A stretch of 64,000 nt of DNA from Chloroflexota bacterium (lineage in GTDB: Bacteria; Chloroflexota; UBA11872; VXOZ01), in contig CAXXVD010000005.1 of assembly GCA_963662335.2 (NCBI GenBank), positions 128,001 through 192,000 on the forward strand, given 5' to 3'. The position numbers and the translations under genes were made by a program. The notes below the pieces were generated by a model. It had not been told where the DNA came from, did not search any database, and worked only from the letters and a program-made list of their open reading frames with translations. Shown one piece after another: positions 40,669 through 47,557 of the stretch (its first letter is position 1; every line of letters begins with the position of its first letter).

Positions 40669-41625
40669 TTACTGCTGGCGGGGATTCTGGGGGTTCATGT
40701 CTTGCACCGCTTGTAGGGCGCGCATGGTGGGCAAGACGGCTGCGCCGGAGACTGTGGATTCCCGCTCCTGGCGGATGGCGGTGATGAACTCGATGTCCTG
40801 CAAGTAGACCGCGCTGGCTTCCTCATTCTCGCCGCCGGCGGCGATGATCCGACTTGATGGGTCAACCAGTTTGCCGTCCCGCACCGCCAGCGTCGTCTCT
40901 TCGCCAATGATGAGGATTTCGAGCAACGGGCGCATCGTGTTGTAGGAGAGCGCGCAGGAAACCACCTGCTCGCGCGGCGTGCGCAGGGATACCGCCAGGT
41001 CCAATGGGATGCCGAGTTCAGAATGCGGCGGCCCCATGTAGCCCGCCGCGTCTTGCGCCGGCTCTCCCAGCAGCCACAGGGCCGTGTCCACCGCGTGGCA
41101 GCCGTGGTGCCAGAGCAGATTGTCCGTCCACGAGCGCCGCCGGCCTTGCCAGTTCACGTTCTCCCGGCGCAGGAAGCCGTAGTGAATGAAGACGCTGTGC
41201 GCGCGCAATTCGCCCTCGGCAATGAACTGCCGCGCCGCCGCCAACGTGGGCCAGAAGCGCATGGTGTGGGCCACCATCATCAGGCAGCCGCGCTCCGCCG
41301 CGAGCGCCGTGAGCATCTCCGACTCGTCTAACGAAAGGGCAAGCGGGATTTCCACCAGCGCGTGCTTGCCGGCCGCGAGCGCGGCCTCCGTCTGCGCGGC
41401 GTGCTTGGCGCTGGGGGACGTGATTACGACCGCGTCTATGTCGTCCCGCGCCAGCGCTTCGTCGAGGTCCACGGTGGCCAGCGAAGCGCCGCATTTCGCG
41501 GCGAACGCCTGCGTCGGTTCCAGGAGCCGCCCCACCACCGCCCCAATCTCCACGCCCGGAATGCGCGCGAACGACCGCCGATGCACGTCGGCAATGCTGC
41601 CGTAACCTACCATGCACAGATTCAT
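40669..41625 (-). CDS. Gfo/Idh/MocA oxidoreductase (LigC-like)
   Basis: MVGYGSIA, GKHALVEIP, AHTMRF, RRENVNWQG..RSWTDNLLWHH.CH.VD, which resembles the LigC/PmdC subgroup. Confidence 0.82.
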   Translation of the reverse strand: MNLCMVGYGSIADVHRRSFARIPGVEIGAVVGRLLEPTQAFAAKCGASLATVDLDEALARDDIDAVVITSPSAKHAAQTEAALAAGKHALVEIPLALSLDESEMLTALAAERGCLMMVAHTMRFWPTLAAARQFIAEGELRAHSVFIHYGFLRRENVNWQGRRRSWTDNLLWHHGCHAVDTALWLLGEPAQDAAGYMGPPHSELGIPLDLAVSLRTPREQVVSCALSYNTMRPLLEILIIGEETTLAVRDGKLVDPSSRIIAAGGENEEASAVYLQDIEFITAIRQERESTVSGAAVLPTMRALQAVQDMNPQNPRQQ

Positions 41626-41666
41626 TTCTTGGCTTTCCCCGTGCGCGCCAAACTGCATACGTCCAT

Positions 41667-42119
41667 TCAGCGCGTGTGACCCACCAGGCTCGTAGCCGTA
41701 ACTACCCGCGCCACGACATCTTCGGTAATCTCGCCTTCAGGCTGCTTGGGAATGACGAACGCGCGGCGGTGCACGTCGGTATCCACCACTTGCAGCGCCT
41801 CGTCAGGGCCTAGTTCGGTGCCCATTCGTTCCAGCCACCCGGCGGGATCCTGGATGATGACCGCCTTGTAGTCCGGGTCTTTCCAATAGGCAGGCGCCGC
41901 GCCGATGAATGAGGGATAGCAACTGCACGGCGTGCAGATTACCATGTGGTGCGTGGCGCCGGTGTTGTCATAGACGGCCACGGCCAACTGCGCCGGCACG
42001 TCGATGCCGAGTTCCCGCAACGCTGCACGCGGGTCGCGCAGCAACCGGCTTTTGAAGTCTGCATCCCGCCACGCGCGCATGACTGCTCTGCGTGCGTCGC
42101 TGTTTTCCGTTTGCGCCAT
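41667..42119 (-). CDS. Nitrile hydratase alpha-subunit-like protein, N-terminally truncated, variant motif CTPCSC
   Basis: RAW.D..FK.RLL, DNT...HHMVICTPCSCYP, P.YWK.P.Y, VVDT.....VIP..PEG, VT..SLVG; GGAGG RBS. Confidence 0.8.
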   Translation of the reverse strand: MAQTENSDARRAVMRAWRDADFKSRLLRDPRAALRELGIDVPAQLAVAVYDNTGATHHMVICTPCSCYPSFIGAAPAYWKDPDYKAVIIQDPAGWLERMGTELGPDEALQVVDTDVHRRAFVIPKQPEGEITEDVVARVVTATSLVGHTR

Positions 42120-42258
42120 GTGCGACCTCCCCTATAACTCCCGACTAGCATACCACAACCCCTCGGCACAGCCTGTGTTGGATTCGCGTGCTGCCCGATT
42201 CACCCAGTTTCCTGGGTTCGTTCCCCAAACGCCTTACTATCTTAGATTCTTTCACTTC

Positions 42259-42287
42259 TTGACACTCAGGACGCAGAGATTTATACT
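42259..42287 (+). promoter_or_regulatory. Near-consensus sigma70 promoter for the GNAT gene
   Basis: TTGACA-N17-TATACT. Confidence 0.7.
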
Positions 42288-42338
42288 ACTCACGTCAACA
42301 TGAAGATACGGCGCTCGCGTTGCACGGGAGAGACTCTC

Positions 42339-43124
42339 ATGCCGGCTGACGACGCGTACCCGACGTTTGCCGATCTGCTGGATAACGAAGAGTCCTATGT
42401 GTCGCGTTGGTGCGAGGTGACGGACTTCCACGGCGTACGCTTCTACCGCAGCCATGTCCTACCGACGCACCTGTTCAACTTCGTAACGAGGTTGTGGCGC
42501 TTCCCTGAAGGCGCTTCTTTGCTCGACCACATCGAGCAACACTACGGCGCTCCATCCTTACCCCACCGCCTCTTCCTTGGCCCCAAGGAGCCGCAAGACC
42601 TTGCAGCCTTCTTTGCGAGTCACGGCTACTCACCGCTTAGTGAGCGGCTGATACTTGTGCACGATCTCACTCGTATGCCGCGGATAGCATCGCCTCACGT
42701 CCGAGTGAAAGAAGTCACACAGCCGGCTGAGTTTCAAGCGTGGGTACGTGTCGCCCTGAAGAGTTGGCGGCATCCGCGCTTCCCGCAAGACTTCGACCGC
42801 GTCGTCTCAGCAATTGTCTCCAGCGGGGTTGCCGCCGGCGACTTCACGTGCTATCTCGCCACAATTGACGGCCGTTGGGTCGGCACCGGCCTCATGAATC
42901 GCACCGGACAACTGGCGGGGATTCACGCCATAACCACCATTCCCAGCGCGCGCGGCCAAGGCGCGGCCTCCGCAATCATCGCCAGAATACTGGCAGATGC
43001 CGCGGCGCAGGACCGCGCTCCGGTCTGCCTACAAACAGGGAAAGGAGACGGCGCCGACATCCTCTATCAGCGCATGGGCTTTCGTACGCTCTATACGCTG
43101 GCAAAATACGGCCCGCCGCACTAG
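42339..43124 (+). CDS. GNAT-family N-acetyltransferase
   Basis: C-terminal GIHAITTIPSARGQGAA (motif A) and LYQRMGF. Confidence 0.82.
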   Translation: MPADDAYPTFADLLDNEESYVSRWCEVTDFHGVRFYRSHVLPTHLFNFVTRLWRFPEGASLLDHIEQHYGAPSLPHRLFLGPKEPQDLAAFFASHGYSPLSERLILVHDLTRMPRIASPHVRVKEVTQPAEFQAWVRVALKSWRHPRFPQDFDRVVSAIVSSGVAAGDFTCYLATIDGRWVGTGLMNRTGQLAGIHAITTIPSARGQGAASAIIARILADAAAQDRAPVCLQTGKGDGADILYQRMGFRTLYTLAKYGPPH

Positions 43125-44203
43125 GCATCCGGGCTCGTTTGACGCGCTCGCGCCAGTTGCGCCTTGAGGTGGTCGATCGGCGCTACCGGCGTGGGGTCTA
43201 CGCCGTTGAGCATAGCCAGGTAGAAGCTGACGTAATCGCCCAGGAGGATGGCAAGTAGTTGCTGCGCCAAGGGGGTGGGGCCCGGCACGTTCACCGTCTC
43301 CGTGGCGATGTGCGCGGTTTCGAGCAACTCTCCGGTTACCCGAAACCGCAGGCGCGTGCGCTCCGGGTAGAAGTCTGACGCCAAATGCACCACGCGCAGG
43401 ACGCCGGCGCCTCCGGCCGGGTGGGCGTACCCCACGACCGCGTTGTGGTTGGCCTCCGGCAGGCGCTCGAACTCCGCCCACTGCTTGCTGTTCTCGTTGA
43501 TTTGCGTCTTCCAGCGCCGCGCCGCTTCGCTGAGAAATCCGGCGGCGTAGATGCTCACAATGCGCCCGTGCAGGGCGCGCGCCAACCGCTTGGCCGGATT
43601 CGCGGTCTCAGGGACGGTGACGGCAAAGGCCCGCGCCTGCTCCGCGATAAAGCGGACTGCGGCCAGGACATCCGCAGCCGGACATTGAATGAAGCCCAGC
43701 GCCGCCAACGCATGGAGCACGGGCATGTAGAGATGCGGCAGGGCGGCGCGCGGCTGCGCTACGGCCTCGATGGGAAACAGGGGAATGCCGCTTGCGCGGG
43801 CGCGCGCCGCCAGCGCGCCGCCGCTGGCGACCGCGATGAGCGACGCGCCTCTACTGAGCGCCTCGTCGAAAGCGGCCAGCGTCTCCTCGGTATTGCCGGA
43901 GTAGCTGACGGCAAGCGCCAACGTGCGGCTGCCCACGTACCCGGGCAAACTATAGTCGCGGACGACCTCCAGAGGGACTGCAAGCGAGTCCGCGGCCAAC
44001 GTGCGGACAAGATCGCCGCTGATTGCCGAGCCGCCCATGCCAAGCGCCACCACCGACCGCGCCTGCCGGTAGGACGGCGGCAGCGGCACGCGCTGCGCTT
44101 GCCGCCACGCGGCGGTGCAGGCGTCGGGAAACCCGGCAATCTGGGCTGCCATGTTGCCGGCGTCGAGCCTGGCGAGAAGCTGGGGGTCGTCGAGATTGGT
44201 CAT
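43121..44203 (-). CDS. Bifunctional phosphoglucose/phosphomannose isomerase (SIS-domain, archaeal-type)
   Basis: GMGGSAISGD, SYSGNTEET, QPRAAL, RWKTQINENSK, PEANHN, DPTPV..I..LK. Confidence 0.92.
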   Translation of the reverse strand: MTNLDDPQLLARLDAGNMAAQIAGFPDACTAAWRQAQRVPLPPSYRQARSVVALGMGGSAISGDLVRTLAADSLAVPLEVVRDYSLPGYVGSRTLALAVSYSGNTEETLAAFDEALSRGASLIAVASGGALAARARASGIPLFPIEAVAQPRAALPHLYMPVLHALAALGFIQCPAADVLAAVRFIAEQARAFAVTVPETANPAKRLARALHGRIVSIYAAGFLSEAARRWKTQINENSKQWAEFERLPEANHNAVVGYAHPAGGAGVLRVVHLASDFYPERTRLRFRVTGELLETAHIATETVNVPGPTPLAQQLLAILLGDYVSFYLAMLNGVDPTPVAPIDHLKAQLARARQTSPDA

Positions 44204-44253
44204 CTACCGGAATAGAGTATGCAGACCGCTAGAGGAAACACACATCCGCCAGC

Positions 44254-45972
44254 CTACGGCTTGTGGATGCGCACCCAGCGGTTGGGCTCTTTGCCGTAGC
44301 TGCGCGAGCCCAGGTTGAACTTGTGCGCAAGCTCGTGCTGCAGGCGGCGAATGTAGGAATTGGCCGGCGGCAGGTCCACGGGATGCGAGGTGTGCAACGT
44401 CTCCTGCACGGCGGCCTCGGCCAGGCGGAGGTCTTCGCTCGCGTCAGCCGGCTGCCGGGTATCGAGGTCGAAGATGCTGGCAAGGCTCTGGTTAATCTGC
44501 GTTTGCGCATTGCTCCGCAGCACGAAGATGGGAATCTGCCGCTGCTCCGCGATTGGCAAAGGCCCCGTCCGCTGGCGGTAGCAACTCTTGAGCGTCAGCA
44601 CCACGTCCGCCGCGTCCAGGTCTTCCGTAATCCAGGCCGGAGCCCCCAGACGCCGCGCTCCTTCCTCCAGGCGCTTGCGGCTCACCCCAAAGGGGAAGAT
44701 CGAGACCGGCTTGCGCGGCGGCGGTTCCGCACGCTTCTCCTGGAAGCCGTCCTCCTGACCGTCCTCGTCGTAGCCGTCATTCCGCCAGTGGGGGGCAATG
44801 AAACGCGAATCCGGGCCGCGCGACCTGCCATTGCGGCTTGTTCCCGTCCGCTCCCGCCACGCTCTCACCTCGCCTTCCTGCGGGTCCCAGAGTTCCTGCG
44901 CGCGCATTCCCTGCGGCGGCGCAATCTCGCGTTTTGTTGCTTCAATCCTGTTTTCGTCGCCGCGCACCCGCTCTTCCACCACGATCGGCCGCCCGCGCAG
45001 GAGATTGTCGATGGTCTCAGCCACGTCGTGGTGCACGATCATGTGGTGCCAACCCTTGATCTCCACCAGCACGTGAAACGTGGGCGGGGCCTTGCGTTCC
45101 AGCACCGACTTCTGCGAACGCCGCCGCCGGGCCTCGTCGTCACCCAGCGTGACGGTCTGGATGCCGCCAATCAAGTCGGCGAGCGTCGGGTTCTGCATCA
45201 GATTGGTGAGCGTGTTGCCGTGGGCCGTGCCTACCAGTTGCACGCCGCGCTCGGCAATGGTGCGCGCGGCGGCGGCCTCCAATTCGGTGCCGATTTCATC
45301 GATCACGATGACCTCGGGCATGTGATTCTCAACGGCTTCGATCATCACCTTGTGCTGGTCGGTTGCGTGCGGCACCTGCATGCGCCGGGCGCGGCCGATA
45401 CCGGCGTGGGGAATATCGCCGTCGCCGGCAATCTCATTGGAGGTGTCTACCACGATCACGCGCTTGTGCGCTTCGTCGGCCAGAACGCGCGCCACGTCGC
45501 GCAGCAGCGTCGTCTTGCCCACACCCGGACTGCCCAACAACAGCGGACTCTTGCCGGATTCAACCAGGTCGCGAATGATCTCGATCGTGCCGAACACGGC
45601 CCGGCCGACGCGGCAGGTCAGCCCGACGATCTCTCCCGCGCGGTTGCGCATGGCCGAAATGCGGTGGAGCGTGCGGGGAATGCCGACGCGGTTATCCACG
45701 GTGAACGCGCCGAGCTTGGAAACGACAGAAGCGAGGTCGTCCGCGCTCAATTCTCTGTCGTCGAGGGTTGCCTCACGGGTGAGGAAGCGCGCCTCCGGCT
45801 TGCGACCGAGATCCAGGACGACTTCAAGCAGATCGGAGGCGTCCTCGATTGCTTCCAGGGAGCCCTGTATGCGCGGCGGCATGACACGCACGAGCGCCGC
45901 GATGTCGTCCGTTACCTGAATCTCCGTCTGTGTCAATGGAAGCCTGGTGGCTACCGGCTCATCCATACGCAT
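44254..45972 (-). CDS. Ycf45/SpoIIIAA-like AAA ATPase with C-terminal R3H domain
   Basis: GLTCRVGRA, G.PGVGKTTLLR, DTSNEIAGDGD, ENHMPEVIVIDEIG, GTAHG; R3H motif IRRLQHELA...SYG.EP.R.V. Confidence 0.9.
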   Translation of the reverse strand: MRMDEPVATRLPLTQTEIQVTDDIAALVRVMPPRIQGSLEAIEDASDLLEVVLDLGRKPEARFLTREATLDDRELSADDLASVVSKLGAFTVDNRVGIPRTLHRISAMRNRAGEIVGLTCRVGRAVFGTIEIIRDLVESGKSPLLLGSPGVGKTTLLRDVARVLADEAHKRVIVVDTSNEIAGDGDIPHAGIGRARRMQVPHATDQHKVMIEAVENHMPEVIVIDEIGTELEAAAARTIAERGVQLVGTAHGNTLTNLMQNPTLADLIGGIQTVTLGDDEARRRRSQKSVLERKAPPTFHVLVEIKGWHHMIVHHDVAETIDNLLRGRPIVVEERVRGDENRIEATKREIAPPQGMRAQELWDPQEGEVRAWRERTGTSRNGRSRGPDSRFIAPHWRNDGYDEDGQEDGFQEKRAEPPPRKPVSIFPFGVSRKRLEEGARRLGAPAWITEDLDAADVVLTLKSCYRQRTGPLPIAEQRQIPIFVLRSNAQTQINQSLASIFDLDTRQPADASEDLRLAEAAVQETLHTSHPVDLPPANSYIRRLQHELAHKFNLGSRSYGKEPNRWVRIHKP

Positions 45973-46071
45973 TCGCCTCACGCCAAGATTACCGTAGACC
46001 ATTCGCTGCCAGCGGCGCTTACGCCAACCAGCGATGTCATCGTACGCCGCCGTTCGCCCTCCGCGCCTCCA

Positions 46072-47013
46072 TCATGATACCACGCGCGGGCTGTGGAGCA
46101 CCGCGCCGAGCATCGCGCCGTAGCCGCGCCGGAAGTCCGCCGCCGGCAGCGCGCGTTTGCCCGCAAGTTGCACCTCATCGAGCACGACGATGCCGTCATT
46201 GGCCGTGACCGCCAGGCCTTTCCCGTGGGGAAACACCGTGCCGGGCACGCCTTCTCCGCTCTCCGGCAGCGGATGCGCCCGCAGGAGCTTGAGTTGGCGG
46301 TCGCGCCAGAACGTCACCGCGCCCGGCCAGGGCTGCATGGCACGCACGCGGCGGCAGATTGCCTGGGCATCTTGCTCCCACCGCACGAATCCGTCTTCCT
46401 TCTTCAACAGCGGCGCGTAGGTTGCGCTCTGGTCGTCCTGGGGCTGCGGTACGGTGCGGCCTGCGACCCAATCGTCCAGCGTTGGCAGCAAAAGCGCCGC
46501 GCCCAATTGCGCGAGGGCGCTCGTGAGGCTTGCGGTCGTCTCGTCACCGATGAGCGCGAGTGCTTGCCGCCGTAGAATGGGGCCGGTGTCAAGCCCTTCG
46601 TCCATCCGCATGATCGTCACGCCGCTGGCGGCGTCACCGGCCAGAATGGCCGCCGCCACCGGGGCGGCTCCCCGATGCCGGGGCAGAAGAGAGGCGTGCA
46701 CGTTGAGACACCCGTGCGGAGGCAGCGCGAGAATGGCTGCGGGCAGGATCTTGCCGTAAGCCACAACCACGATTGCGTCGGCGGCGGCAGCCGCCAACTC
46801 CGCCACTACGCGGGCCGAGCGCAGCGTGCGGGGCTGGGAAACCGCCAGACCGCGTTCCAGCGCCGCTTGCTTTACCGGCGGCATCTGCGGCTTGCGGCCC
46901 CGTCCCGCGGGACGATCCTGCTGGGTCACGACCAGGGCTACCGCGTGGCGTTGCGCGAGAGCGTGCAGGCTGGGTACGGCAAAGGCGGCGGTGCCGCAGA
47001 AGACGACACGCAT
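46072..47013 (-). CDS. fmt: Methionyl-tRNA formyltransferase
   Basis: VFCGT..FA, DRPAGRG, VVAYG.IL, NVHASLLPR.RGAAP, GLDTGP. Confidence 0.96.
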   Translation of the reverse strand: MRVVFCGTAAFAVPSLHALAQRHAVALVVTQQDRPAGRGRKPQMPPVKQAALERGLAVSQPRTLRSARVVAELAAAAADAIVVVAYGKILPAAILALPPHGCLNVHASLLPRHRGAAPVAAAILAGDAASGVTIMRMDEGLDTGPILRRQALALIGDETTASLTSALAQLGAALLLPTLDDWVAGRTVPQPQDDQSATYAPLLKKEDGFVRWEQDAQAICRRVRAMQPWPGAVTFWRDRQLKLLRAHPLPESGEGVPGTVFPHGKGLAVTANDGIVVLDEVQLAGKRALPAADFRRGYGAMLGAVLHSPRVVS

Positions 47014-47022
47014 CCAAGACTC

Positions 47023-47526
47023 CTAGGCATCTTCCGGCAGGGCATCCGCCTCAGACTCCGGTTCCACGCGGTACAACTGCTCAGGGTCCTCCAGGCGGTC
47101 CACGAACATGACACCGTCCAAGTGATCGATCTCATGCTGGAAGACACGCGCGAGCAAGTCCTCGGCGCGGATGCGGATCTTCTTCCCCTCCGGGGAACGA
47201 CCCTTCACGACCACGCTCTGGTAGCGTTTCACAGGCCCGTAGTAGGACGAATACGAGAGACACCCTTCTTCGTCTTCGATCGCCTCCTCGGACGTTTTGA
47301 CAATTTCCGGGTTGACCACCGCCATGCGCTTCTCGTCAGCGTGTACGACGATCACTCGTAGGGGAACGCCGACTTGCGGCGCGGCCAGGCCCACGCCCGC
47401 GGCCGCGTCCATCGTGTCGAACATGTCGTCCGTGAGCTTGCGCAGCCCTCTCATGCCCTTGGGGACGGGCTTCGCCTTCTTGCGCAGAATCTCGTTGCCA
47501 AGCTGCCGGATCTCTTGAGCCGCCAC
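47023..47526 (-). CDS. def: Peptide deformylase
   Basis: GVGLAAPQVG, EGCLS, QHEIDHLDG. Confidence 0.97.
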   Translation of the reverse strand: MAAQEIRQLGNEILRKKAKPVPKGMRGLRKLTDDMFDTMDAAAGVGLAAPQVGVPLRVIVVHADEKRMAVVNPEIVKTSEEAIEDEEGCLSYSSYYGPVKRYQSVVVKGRSPEGKKIRIRAEDLLARVFQHEIDHLDGVMFVDRLEDPEQLYRVEPESEADALPEDA

Positions 47527-47557
47527 GGTTGCTCTCTTGCCTCTAGTCTCGCGGGTC

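Noticed and set aside
41667-43124. NHLP-type RiPP biosynthetic cluster
   Set aside because: No Gly-Gly cleavage site or core peptide follows the leader-like region, and there is no YcaO, radical SAM, LanM or peptidase-ABC transporter nearby.
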